DNA of 64,000 nt from Paragordius varius (taxonomy: Eukaryota; Animalia; Nematomorpha): assembly GCA_964247055.1 (NCBI GenBank), contig OZ176050.1, positions 2,852,001-2,916,000 of the forward strand, given 5' to 3'. The position numbers and the translations under genes are program-made. The notes beneath the pieces were generated by a model that worked only from the letters and a program-made list of their open reading frames with translations, did not search any database and was not told the DNA's origin. Shown one piece after another: positions 1-12,972 of this stretch; the first letter of the stretch is position 1, and every line of letters begins with the position of its first letter.

Positions 1-2466
1 CCTCATCAGCAATGATTATCACTCAATTACAGTACAAAACCGCTATAGTTGATAATATCTCGCTTAATAAGGTTACAATTATCCCTTGTTTTTCATCTTT
101 AATCAACCATACTCACTCCCCGTGCCGAGAAATTATTGGGGGTTAAGAGTATTGGCGCGGGTTGAGTTTTCTTCCTCATCAGCAATGATTATCACTCAAT
201 TACAGTACAAAACCGCTATAGTTGATAATATCTCGCTTAATAAAGTTACAATTATCCCTTGTTTTTCATCTCAACCATACTTACTCCCCGTGCCGAGAAA
301 TTATTGGGGGTTAAGAGTATTGGCGCGGGTTGAGTTTTCTTCCTCATCAGCAATGATTATCACTTAGTTACAGTACAAAACCGCTAAAGTTGATAATATC
401 TCGCTTGATAAGATTACAATTATCCCTTGTTTTTCATCTTTAATCAACCATACTCACTCCCCGTGCCGAGAAATTATTGGGGGTTAAGAGTATTGGCGCG
501 GGTTGAGTTTTCTTCCTCATCAGCAATGATTATCACTTAGTTACAGTACAAAACCGCTAAAGTTGATAATATCTCGCTTAATAAGGTTACAATTATCCCT
601 TGCTCATCTTTAATCAACCATACTCACTCCCCGTGCCGAGAAATTATTGGGGGTTAAGAGTATTGGCGCGGGTTGAGTTTTCTTCCTTATCAGCAATGAT
701 TATCACTTAGTTACAGTACAAAACCGCTAAAGTTGATAATATCTCGCTTAATAAGGTTACAATTATCCCTTGCTCATCTTTAATCAACCATACTCACTCC
801 CCGTGCCGAGAAATTATTGGGGGTTAAGAGTATTGGCGCGGGTTGAGTTTTCTTCCTCATCAGCAATGATTATCACTTAGTTACAGTACAAAACCGCTAA
901 AGTTGATAATATCTCGCTTGATAAGATTACAATTATCCCTTGTTTTTCATCTTTAATCAACCATACTCACTCCCCGTGCCGAGAAATTATTGGGGGTTAA
1001 GAGTATTGGCGCGGGTTGAGTTTTCTTCCTCATCAGCAATGATTATCACTTAGTTACAGTACAAAACCGCTAAAGTTGATAATATCTCGCTTAATAAGGT
1101 TACAATTATCCCTTGCTCATCTTTAATCAACCATACTCACTCCCCGTGCCGAGAAATTATTGGGGGTTAAGAGTATTGGCGCGGGTTGAGTTTTCTTCCT
1201 TATCAGCAATGATTATCACTTAGTTACAGTACAAAACCGCTAAAGTTGATAATATCTCGCTTAATAAGGTTACAATTATCCCTTGCTCATCTTTAATCAA
1301 CCATACTCACTCCCCGTGCCGAGAAATTATTGGGGGTTAAGAGTATTGGCGCGGGTTGAGTTTTCTTCCTCATCAGCAATGATTATCACTTAGTTACAGT
1401 ACAAAACCGCTAAAGTTGATAATATCTCGCTTGATAAGATTACAATTATCCCTTGTTTTTCATCTTTAATCAACCATACTCACTCCCCGTGCCGAGAAAT
1501 TATTGGGGGTTAAGAGTATTGGCGCGGGTTGAGTTTTCTTCCTCATCAGCAATGATTATCACTTAGTTACAGTACAAAACCGCTAAAGTTGATAATATCT
1601 CGCTTAATAAGGTTACAATTATCCCTTGCTCATCTTTAATCAACCATACTCACTCCCCGTGCCGAGAAATTATTGGGGGTTAAGAGTATTGGCGCGGGTT
1701 GAGTTTTCTTCCTCATCAGCAATGATTATCACTTAGTTACAGTACAAAACCGCTAAAGTTGATAATATCTCGCTTAATAAGGTTACAATTATCCCTTGCT
1801 CATCTTTAATCAACCATACTCACTCCCCGTGCCGAGAAATTATTGGGGGTTAAGAGTATTGGCGCGGGTTGAGTTTTCTTCCTCATCAGCAATGATTATC
1901 ACTTAGTTACAGTACAAAACCGCTAAAGTTGATAATATCTCGCTTGATAAGATTACAATTATCCCTTGTTTTTCATCTTTAATCAACCATACTCACTCCC
2001 CGTGCCGAGAAATTATTGGGGGTTAAGAGTATTGGCGCGGGTTGAGTTTTCTTCCTCATCAGCAATGATTATCACTTAGTTACAGTACAAAACCGCTAAA
2101 GTTGATAATATCTCGCTTAATAAGGTTACAATTATCCCTTGCTCATCTTTAATCAACCATACTCACTCCCCGTGCCGAGAAATTATTGGGGGTTAAGAGT
2201 ATTGGCGCGGGTTGAGTTTTCTTCCTCATCAGCAATGATTATCACTCAGTTACAGTACAAAACCGCTAAAGTTGATAATATCTCGCTTGATAAGATTACA
2301 ATTATCCCTTGTTTTTCATCTTTAATCAACCATACTCACTCCCCGTGCCGAGAAATTATTGGGGGTTAAGAGTATTGGCGCGGGTTGAGTTCTCTTCCTC
2401 ATCAGCAATGATTATCACTCAGTTACAGTACAAAACCACTAAAGTTGTTAATACCTCGCTAAGTTA
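1..2466. repeat. Tandem satellite array, 168-173 bp monomers with a 513-bp trimeric higher-order repeat; runs off the left edge
   Basis: The motif CCT(C/T)ATCAGC starts at 1,174,342,515,685,855,1028,1198,1368,1541,1711,1881,2054,2224,2397. Monomer lengths are 173,168,173,170,170,173,170,170,173,170,170,173,170,173, then a diverged partial unit. From unit 3 on, 173-bp units carry CTTGATAAGAT and TGTTTTTCATC; 170-bp units carry CTTAATAAGGT and TGCTCATC. Confidence 0.97.
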
Positions 2467-3246
2467 CAAAATAATACAAATAATTTGTCAACAAGAATTA
2501 ATATCATTTCTCATTGACTCGCATGGAACCAATAATAAAATGCACATCACAGTATTGATAATTAAGTCAAGATTATTAGGCGTACAAACATGGCTATCAA
2601 AAGCCTTTATTAAAATTAATGTTTTGTTGTTATTTATTGAGAAATAAATATAGATATTGTAACAACTATCCTATGTTTATATAAATACATATATAAACGG
2701 TTAGGTAGGCCAGAAAATTAGGCCCTGATTCCCAAAAAGCTGTTATATACCTCAATCGATACAGCACTCATGAGTATATTTTTCTTAACTTAAAACATTC
2801 AAAATTTTCTTATCAGTTTTGATCTACATTGGATAAAACTATTTGTTCCATTTATCTCAAAAAATCATTTCGCTCATCTATACTAAGTCGGAATGATGAT
2901 TTCTTGATTGGGCTTATAGAAAATATTAAATTTGGTTTTATTGGCAAGCTGCATATAAAAAGATTAACTCAATTGAGATGTTGATATATTGTTGAAAAAT
3001 TTAATATTATAAAGATATCAGATAAGTGACAATTAGCTTTAAGTCTGGTCTATACAAAATTTGCAGGTTGTATTAAATCCATATTTGGGTTGTTTATATA
3101 CGGTTGAATTAATTTCATCTTCTATATATAGTATTTGCCAGCCCATAGTTAAAAATACAAAAATTAAAATAGTTATATGATTTTATTTTATTTATGTTGC
3201 CAAATCATATATAAAAAATGCAATCGAAATCCATCTTAAAAACATA

Positions 3247-4590
3247 TTAGGTGATTGATAAGTTCCCGATTTAGCTTAGAAAGGAGTCAGCTAAAAGTAC
3301 GCAGGCGATCATTTTGATACAGTTTGTTGATCTAACATTAAACTACAAATAACTACAATTTGAGTTCCCAAAAACTAGTGTCTTTGTGCCTATGAACAAA
3401 AAGGATTTTGAAAGTTAACGTTTGTAAGTAGAAACATTTAAAGAATATGCTCTATTGATTAACAAATGTACAACACGGTTTTAATATTAAAAGTTATGAT
3501 TTGATGTATTTGTGGTATGTGTGGTAGATAGATCTCACAACTGCCAAAACATCAAATTCAAGAGTTTCATGTTAACAAAACTTAAAAGCAATGGAAATAG
3601 GCAGCAATATTACATGCACCACAAAAAACAATCAATAGATGTTTTCGAGCAATGCGAAACCAATAAACTTCATCAATGAACTCCAGACAATCTGAATGAA
3701 CGTCAAATCGAAAATCGCAAAGTGACAAATCACAAGGGAAATTTACTTTTGCATCGAATTGGAACGGGTGATGGTAATAGCTCTATTTAGTAAAAACAAA
3801 GCATCGTTACTCTCACCTTTCTAAACCAATCCATCTACATTAGAGGTGTAGCTAGAGGGGAGAAGGGGGCTGATCCACCTGGCACCATAGTTGAAGGGGC
3901 GCCGGATTTTAAAAAAAATTTTTATTTCAAAAAATAGGTAGAAAGTTGTTATTTTATACACAAAAAAATCACCCATTTATGAGTGGTCATGACCATGGTT
4001 TAAATTTTATTATTTTTTTAAAATGCGAGGAGTCACATGAGGGAGGGGACGTCATCACGGAGTAATGCTACAGGCGCCAGAAATGTAGGCTACACCTCTG
4101 ATCAACACCAAGGCTAAATCGCTTCGACACAAAGACCATGCTCTGTGTCTGATGTATAGAGCAACACAAACTTTTGAGGTCCTGTGAAATTGTTAAATAT
4201 AAGACTATGGATAAAAAATACCTAATTAAAACCATGCATTAATCAAAAACAACGGGAATGAGCTTAAAAACATGGCATGATTTTGTTATATGAAAAAGCT
4301 GTCTCACACACCAAAACCAATCTAAGACACCTTAACGCTTCGAAACAATTTCCCTATCCGAACTATCTTGTCCTCATCTTAAAAGGCAAACCTGCGCAGC
4401 AATACTCTAATAATCGAAGACGTTGTAAAATGGCTTGGCGAATGGTTTTTTGCTTAAGAAACCAACTTTTCTGACAGGGCATTGAGACACCACCTGAGAT
4501 GAGCAAAATGTGTAGAGGCCGATGAACGATTGACTAAAATAAATAATTGACTCTTTACTAAAAACCGGTAAAAACTTATGAATACACTGG
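3247..4590 (+). mobile_element. Decayed mariner (DD34D, Mos1-like) transposon, copy A, interrupted by a MITE
   Basis: Left TIR-like TA|TTAGGTGATTGATAAGTTCCCGATTT at 3247; right TIR-like AAAACCGGTAAAAACTTATGAATACACTGG|TA ending 4590. Frame-broken transposase motifs: LNERQIENRKVT, LHRIGTGD, PSTSTPRLNRF, EDVVKWLGEWFF. Confidence 0.85.
3841..4100. mobile_element. ~260-bp non-autonomous TIR element (MITE) inserted into mariner copy A
   Basis: Termini TAGAGGTGTAGCTAG and TAGGCTACACCTCTG are inverted repeats (11-bp perfect core); GC-rich subterminal blocks. Removing the element plus one AT restores mariner codons CCA TCT ACA TCA ACA CCA AGG (PSTSTPR), implying a 2-bp AT target duplication. Confidence 0.75.
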
Positions 4591-5830
4591 TAAAAGCCAT
4601 TGTTGACTAAGCCTTCATGATATCCAGAAAATGCATCTTAAACTAGACGTGTTTTTTCCAAAATTATTAATGGCACGGAACCATTGTAAATATATGGGCC
4701 ACACGATTCCCGGACAGAAATACGCTAGAGTTCCGACCCATATCCTTGGACCAAATTTAAAAAACGCTGCATTACACTTTGGGAAATGTTAATTGAAAGT
4801 TTTATGGCTAACCTTTATTTGCTTCAATCAAAATGTCTTCTAAATGGCTATAAGCATTTATAATAAGATTGCATGTTTCTCATAAAATTTTACCAAAAAC
4901 ACAATTATTAGAATTGTAAATGTTATTACATAAGGTCACAACTGAGGATTTATTAACGGACGTAGTAAAATTTACCTTAAGACATTTAAAAAAATAATAA
5001 TTTTAATAAACTCGATGTTAATTTGATATATAATTATTTAACATTAAAACATAGAGGGGTTTATTATTGGTATTATTATAAATAAAATTTAAATGGTTGA
5101 TTTTCAAAAAATAGTTCGTATATATGGTAAAAACTCTTTTTATGTAGTTTAATTTTTTATTAGAAAGGCAATATTCGGCAACAAAAACATACAGCTAAGG
5201 GTTTATTAACAATTGCCCATTTTAGGAAAATATTTTCATTGATTAATACGCAAGGTTATAAAAATTATTCTAAAAAGATTTAGAGCTTTGAAAGTTTTTT
5301 TAAATGTATTTGGAGTAATCTATGTTGATTTGTTGAGTTAAAACAATTTAATGTGAAAAATTTATTCTAGGATATTTCCTACTTGATACAAATCTAATTT
5401 TATGATAAAATGGATTAAAACTTTTGATTAGCTATAACTTTTATCAACGTTTTATCAAGCAATAATTTCTTACTGTTGGGCCGGCTCAAACCTTAATTAT
5501 CTACAAAACCTATCTTTTAAAAATAAATATCCAATATTACTATTTATTAATATATACAGATTAGATTGTCTTTTTTACCTTTTAAATTTAAGGTAAGCTC
5601 AAACTTATCAAGCTATCTCATTTGTCTCAGAACTGACAATGTTGGAAAAATTATAATGTTTAGGATTAGAAAAGCGTATAGTATACCAGCCCGACACATT
5701 AACCATTTATCCATTAAACTTTCCAATGATTATATACATTATATTATTTTATATTTATTTTAAAATATTTATATCTTAAAATATAATTGCACTTATAATA
5801 TTATTACATGTTAAAGAAATTATCATATAT

Positions 5831-8800
5831 TTATATGTCAGATATTGTTTGAGGTAAGGGTTTGCCTTTAGTTTGTGGTAAAAACCAAGCGGCACATATA
5901 GCAAGTAATGTCAATAAAATAAGTAGGATGGAATAAATATTTGGATGTTTTTGATTCTATAAATAAAATTTCAAAATACAAAACATAAATTATTAAACGA
6001 ATAACACTTTTTAAAGATATTTAACGGATATTTTGAGCAAAATTACCTTTACATTTAATAACTTTTGGTAGATATTAATTACATTGTTTGTTGGAAAATA
6101 TGTAACCTTAATTAGTTTTTGATAAACCCAAAAATATGCAGTTTTCCTTTATAATTCTTAAATAATTATTATACCAAATATGAAAGAAAAGGCGCCATCA
6201 CGTATCCAATTCTGCCAAATGCATTGTTAATACCATATCCCATGTTTCTAATAAATTTTTTTAAAAACTTAATATATAAATATATATAAAAGCTGATCTC
6301 ATATGTTTTTACCGGTATTTCTGGTAAAACAACATGTATACTAAAAGTAAAATATTCTATCGGCTTATACACATTTTCCCCATATCTCAGGTAATATATG
6401 AATGTTGTACCAGGAAATTGATTTGCGGAAAACCATTCACCAACCCATTTTTACAACATCTTCGAAATCATTGAAGTGCTGCTCTGCGAGTTCGCCATTA
6501 TGCAAAGCGCCAAGTCAGGAGAATTCAACAGATGCGGAAAGATTTCTCAACAAAGCTATATCAAGATGCTTTCACTGTGTTTGAGATGGAGCCTTGTCAT
6601 TAGAAAAACCACTTTGCCATGTCATGAGGCCGATTTCCTTCGTTTTAGGATTAATGCATGGATTTTAAATTCATTATTTGTTTGACAAAGCTCTGTATAT
6701 TAAGGGTTTACCTATCTTTAATACACACCGCTCTGGCTTTTTTGCCAAAGCGATTTGGCCTTAGTGTTGATCGGGCTTTGGAAAGAAGGCCACGTTTTTT
6801 GGCTTTGACTTTAAAATATAAAGCTACTTTTCATTACATGCCAATTCGATGCGAAAATAGTTCTTTTGTAACGTTGAAGCAGGTTTTTGGACCTATTAAC
6901 TGAATTAATTTGTCGTCTTTTGCATTACTGATTTTTTGTCACTTATGTAATGTCTCTGCAATAATTATTAAGTTTGACTCGATCAATATTCAATATGCTC
7001 TTGCACTTATGCGTCTTCGCTGTTATGCGGAGCAGAGCGTACATACGCTTTCCCATACCACATTTATTATTTGGAAACCATGTTTCACATATGCTAACTG
7101 AGAGATCATGTTTAACACATGCTCTGTGACAGCAAACGATAACTTTTAATTACCATTTACTGACAATGCGTGATACAAACTTTCTTTTTCACTTAAAATA
7201 TTGACATGATTACTGTATGATAGACGTTACTTTTTTGACGAACTCACTTTGCTTGTTGGCCGTTTAATGTCAGATGAACAAAATGGGGTCTGCTTCTTAA
7301 CGATCGTCGGTACTTTTCACTGACCCCTTCTCTTAGTTAAATCGGTAATAACTTATGACTACACCTGGTATATATATGTATGATTAAAAGGTGATTTAAT
7401 TGTCCAAAAACATCTTATGTAAGTACATAAAATTTGGTAAATGAAGAAAAACCAACATTGTTGCAAAACAAACTAACCTTAAAGGAGTCGGAAATAATTC
7501 TGCCACATACAGTAAAACAATTACCATGGATGCTCCGTTAAATATCCGCAAAATCATAAATGTACTGAAATCCAATATCCATTTTTTCTTTTTGATTAAA
7601 AACATTTCATGGTTTCCTATAAAAAATATAATTGGTTACAAAAAAAAATATTTTTTATATATATGACCGTCTAAATATCCAAATATGTAAAAATTACCGG
7701 TAGAAATTGTAAGATGGCTTATTAGGACTAAAATAACCAAGCTATTTAGCAATAAAAGAGGCTTGCGTCGCCCATATCTACAAACAAAAAAAGCATCATT
7801 AAAAAAATTTATGATTAAACCAAATTGTGCTAATTGATTAATTAATTTAAAGTATAATTTTTATCGATTTTTATTTACACAATCATTATTTTAAAATGTA
7901 AAAAAAAGCATAACCTCAAAGCTATAGTGCCAAGTATTGTCATAGGTATTTCCATTGTACTCGACACAATAAAATTAAGGTATTGGTTACCTGGTAATAT
8001 ATGAGTCCCGTACAGCATAGCCATATAAATTTGAAGAATGGAAAATCTAAAAACAGTCGTAATTTTTATTATAAACACCTAAATTAACACTTCAACATCA
8101 ACCTCGATCCAACATATTAAAATTAATCCTGAATATATGAATTATCTGTTTCTGGTCAAATAAAATCGCATTTATGATTTAATATTTCCGTTTTATTTGA
8201 ATAATATAGTGTTCAAATTTATTATAAATAGGTTATTTTGCTAAGTGGTAAACCAAAGTCAAAGAAAAATATTTAATCTCAATCGTATCGTTTGCAAAAA
8301 TACAAAATTAAAAATTCTGTAAAGTGCATGGATCAAAATATTAAAAGATAAATATATTTAAGTGTTTCAGGGGTATTAAAAGTGTTAATGTTAGATGCAA
8401 AATATAGTACGTTAATACTGCCGTAAGAAAGGTAATTTTCACCAATGGAGGACAAAACAAATCCATAACTTTGAGTGGTTTGTTCGGAGATAATATGGTA
8501 TCTAAAGTAAATTTAAACATTTGTTAACAACTATTAATTTTATTTAACTAGATCCATACTAAAACTGCGAACAGAATACAAAACGGAAAAATGATTTACA
8601 AATCAAAATATTTTCTACGCAATACTAGCCGAATTTATGGGGGGAACGTTTTGAGACGGTTGAAATCGAATGAGGCCTTCCCCAATGTCCATTTCTTCAT
8701 CGTCTAGATTAGTAACTTGCGGTAGAGTTTTAGAAATCGTATGGTTTTGAATCCTAAAAGCTACATTATTGTTTTCGTTATCTCCTTGCAAAATATTAAG

Positions 8801-11800
8801 CATTTGCTGATAGTTGGGCATAACATACCTTTTAGTTTTGGAAGATTGAGCCGATTTGATGAGCAGTTTAGTGGCAGTTTTAAACCGTTTCTTACTTATA
8901 AGCCAAGGGATAGATTCATCAATGAAACTAGTAACAGAATACATTAGAGTTGAGGTTTTACTTAAGTAAGGGTAAGGCTTAAATTGTATTTAGGACCTTT
9001 AAAATTTTTAAGATTGGTTTGCTAGGGCGTTAAGCAATTTTGAGTATTAAACTGTCAGAGATCGCTTTATTACTCCACCACAAGTTTTATTTAACGAAAC
9101 CAAAAATGGCAAATTAAACAAAATAACTGTTGTTTTTATATCAATTTTAATGGGGTAAACAAAAATGTTTGTTAATGAAACTTAATAATCCAAATTTTTT
9201 ATTATTGGGCTAATAATACAAATATTCGTTTTTATACCATTTACAATTCAAATTCACCCCTGAACAATTCAAATTATATGTTTTTTAAGATTAAATTGCC
9301 TATATTTTTATATATTTTTAAAATTAATACTGAAAAAATAAAAACTATGCCATAAAGATATATTTCATATTAATAAAGAGTTGTATTAGTTCGAAAACAC
9401 AATTTATTTTTAGGGTGAATTTAAATTGTTTAAGGGTGAATTTGAATTGTTCGAGGGTGAATTTGAATTGTTCAAGGGTGAATTTGAACTGTAAATGGTA
9501 TATCTCAAATATTTAATTAAAATATTAAATCTCTAAGGCATAAATATGTTACTAAAATGGGATTATGAAGAATCCAATGATGAGGGCTGTAAAATTTTGC
9601 AAATGTTTCCAATACAAAATATGATAAGCCAGATATGAAAATATGATATGGCCCAACACAAAGTATAGGGTAGTTAAAACACACAATAGATAGCGTTTAT
9701 TCGTGGGCAACAGTTCTGAGTTAAGTACCATAATACATAAGAAATTACCCTATATTAAAATATAAGTGAAATTATTTTACCGCATGTCCAATGCCTTGCA
9801 AAATTCGGAAAAATCCAAAAGTAGCGTAATTCATTCGAAAGATTCCTGGTATTAATGTACAGAGAGATTGTAATAAAGTGCAAATGCCTAAAACAGGTTT
9901 TCGCCCAAACATATCTGAAATAAATGAACAAACGATTGCTCCAATCAGGTTTCCCACCATAAACACCGAAGAGGCCAAGGGAATTAGGTATTCACTGTGA
10001 TTTGTCAGATTCCACTTTATATAGATATAATATGCATTTTATAGAAATAATAGTATAACACATATAAAAATGTTGATATTTTTACAATAAGTGAGTAAAT
10101 AGGCTCAAAAATTTGGGATAAAATATAGATTTTTAAACGAATAATAAGGGTTATTGATTTTTAGGTTATCAGGCTCATTTAGTTTCCTTAGGGTAGATCT
10201 TACCGATACATTAATGACTGTAAATGTTAACGCTTTTAAAAATAACCATTCATTTAACATATGTTTCCTCTCTGATAAAAAAAATATATTGGTATCTTTT
10301 TTATAATCATATATTTATTAATTAAATACTATATCTATTTGATTTATAATGCATTATTGATTGCATTCATCGGTAAAACCGGTTATTTGATTGGGTAAAA
10401 ACTCAACCGCATCCCTAAGAGGAAAAATAGGAATGGTCAAATTTCATGCACCAGGTGTAGCCATTCTTTATGGTTTATTTGGTAAAAAACTTGTAATTTG
10501 AAGGAAATCAATTTTAGATAGAATATTGTCCGCCGGCTACTACACATAAGTAATATATGAATGACATTCCAGAAAGGCCGGTTGTTTTTTTGCGGAAAAC
10601 CATTCGCCAAGCGAGTTTCCACATCTTTGAAATTATTTGTTTTTTTACATGTAATACTTGTGCCAATCGACATTGAGTTTATTGGGAATCATCCCCCCAT
10701 AACTCTTGCATTTTATCGTTTTCGTAGTTGTGAGGCCTTCCAGAGGGCCCCAGACAAATTAACAACATTTTAATTTTCAAAACCATGAAAGTTTTAATCG
10801 AAAGAGCATGTTTATCATATTTTCCATCGACAGTTTTTTTCATCTGATGGTATAAGAAAAGAGAACAAGTACAATTTGGGTATTAAATGACATACCCTAA
10901 TTTTTGGACGGTTTTACTTGCGTGTGTTTTGTTTAATTTCAGATTAATAAAATGGCGTGTGTGTCAAATAAATCGGGTGCGTACTTTTCATCTACGACTT
11001 CTCATATTAAAACCGCTGATGCTTATGACTACACCTGATGAACTAAATATTGAAAATTATATTTTGAGCTTATCAAAGAATTATTTATTAACAATGTTTT
11101 CGATTTTGGTTTTTTTATAAAAATAAAGAATTTTAAAGGTTAGAATGCGTATACTTAGCTCATGTGCTAAATATTAAAAAAAATTGTAATAAAAGCTAAC
11201 GTTTCGGAATATAGTATATATTTTATTATACCTTAAAGCACCCTTTACATTAAAAAATTTAATTCCAAAATTTACCTTCTGTCATACTATTAATTTTATT
11301 CAATATGGATATGTTAAAAATATAGCGCTCGACTTTTTTCCATTAATTTTTAGATAAAACTTATTTTATACTATTGGAGCGTAAACAATGTTTATTTATA
11401 AAAAATATATATTATAATGTGCGGGCATTTGCATATTTACTTTAATTATGGAAAACATTGACATAACTTTATTTAGCCGGAGAACAAGAAACACTTGGTG
11501 TATTAGATCTAAAAAAATATAATCCAGAATTTTCTTATAACTATCGATATTGTTACCGTTTTTATTGCAGACGTTTGTATTTATTTTATATTTTTCTGTT
11601 TTTTGGCTTAATAAGCATTTATAATATGAAATAGGTAGGACCTTTTAAAAAAAGTCACTAAATTCTTTTATAAAATTAATATTTTATTAAAGAGAGTTAA
11701 AATAATCATAATTCTGCAACCATAGTTGTGGTATCGATCCCGGACCTGTTAAATATAAAATTAGCTTACGATACGTACAAAAAATTAAATTTATATTCTA

Positions 11801-12402
11801 TTGATTTTATGCCGCAAACTAGAGAAAAGTAGCGTATGTAAGTTGTTGAAAGCTATGGTATTGAATATATATTGTTTCGATAACAGTTACATCATCATAA
11901 AATACTCTTGTGACTAAGTTAAGCTTGTTTCATAAAAATAAACTTGCAAAATATTCGGTTTTCATATATTTAATTATCTATTGCAGTTAAAATAATAATT
12001 ATATCAGTGAATTTTATTATTATCTACCTTTTTAACCAATCCATATCGATTACAAGATGAATGTGTACCATTTATATTTTTAAATATTCCATCCCATTTA
12101 ATGGATGAAAATGGGAATTTAGACAATGAAACATTGTTAGTCTGTCGAGAATTGAAAAAAGACAAATTTTTGACAATATTATATTTATTATTATAATCCC
12201 TAGAGTTGATGTCTGTATGGTTGGTTACTTCAAAGTTAGTATTGTAACAAGAAAGTTTTTCATTGGTTATAAATGGGATCATATTGATTTGAAAGGAATG
12301 GCATAGCATAAAAGATGATATTAACATGTAATTCTTAATGTGATACAAATTGAGACCATTCTCATTCATAAATTGTTCCAGAAAGACATTGTTTGCTAAC
12401 AT
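5831..12402 (-). CDS. SLC22 / organic cation-anion transporter family (MFS), multi-exon
   Basis: ATG at 12402, TM1 plus Cys-containing extracellular loop (12028-12402); WNL..LASSVFMVGNLIGAIVCSFISDMFGRKPVL (~9776-10007); LAYHILYWKHLQ; FIDESIPWLISKKRF; YVAELFPTPLR|NMGYGINNAFGRIGYVMAPF; final exon FLPQTKGKPLPQTISDI* with TAA at 5831-5833. Exons between 12027 and 10008 are only partly resolved. Confidence 0.88.
6288..7368 (-). mobile_element. Decayed mariner copy B inside an SLC22 intron
   Basis: Minus-strand terminus TA|CCAGGTGTAGTCATAAGTTATTACCGATTT at 7368. Motif remnants STLRPNRFGKK, RHGKVVFL.DKAPS, SPDLA, EQHFNDFEDVV. Collinear nucleotide similarity to copy A. Left boundary degenerate and approximate. 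Confidence 0.85.
9233..9502. mobile_element. Foldback-like MITE with 21-bp subterminal tandem repeats, copy 1 (SLC22 intron)
   Basis: TIRs TATACCATTTACAATTCAAATTCACCC / GGGTGAATTTGAACTGTAAATGGTATA. The unit AAGGGTGAATTTGAATTGTTC occurs about 2x on the left (inverted) and 4x on the right. A second copy is at 37867-38187. Confidence 0.85.
10451..11038 (-). mobile_element. Internally deleted mariner copy C inside an SLC22 intron
   Basis: TIRs CCAGGTGTAGCCAT (10451) and GCTTATGACTACACCTGA (to 11038). Internal TGCGGAAAACCATTCGCCAA..CATCTTTGAAATTATTTG matches copy B near 6424. Confidence 0.8.
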
Positions 12403-12972
12403 ATTTTTGATATACGGATGGAAAGGATATATTATATTAGCTTATAAATGAAAATAAAAGCTGATTTTAGCAAATCTATGTTGTCCACATTGTATATTTA
12501 CGCGAAAAAAACCGTAAAATTGGTTTTTTATTCACGGCGACAACCTTCACAAGTTTATTTGGCAGTAAAATTAAAACAAATATTATAAATGACTATTAGT
12601 TTTTTACGTAAAACATATAATACACACATGATTTTAAGTTCTATAAATAAGTTCTACATCCTGCTTTAGGCCTTAATTATTATAATAAAAACGTTATAAA
12701 CAAATATTATTAACTTAAAAGCCGTATAGTAGTTGTTTTTAAAATATTTAGACACAAAAAAACAACAGTTATCTCAATATTTTTGTGACAGAGTCCAAAA
12801 GCGTCAAGTTAGAAATATAATTTAAAGCACGCTATGCTAAATAAATAAAATTTATTTTTGATTGTCCATATAAATATCAAATTTATATATATATATTAAT
12901 AAATTTACAAAATAGAAAATTCGTATATAAAATCTAGATAAAAATGTTATCACAAAATTTTGGATAGTGTTG

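Noticed and set aside
1-2466. CRISPR array, or 5S rRNA/U1/SL RNA tandem genes
   Set aside because: There are no unique spacers and the context is eukaryotic; I found no match to 5S, U1 or SL sequences I recall and no clear A/B boxes.
86-2647. ORFs 86-367, 2139-2369 and 2309-2647 with repeated peptides
   Set aside because: They are translations of the satellite monomer; most units contain an in-frame TAG and monomer lengths shift the frame.
3833-4108. Apparent 8-bp hAT-type TSD (ATCTACAT / ATCAACAC) around the MITE
   Set aside because: The 6/8 match arises from the repetitive ST-ST codons of the mariner; only a 2-bp AT duplication restores the host frame.
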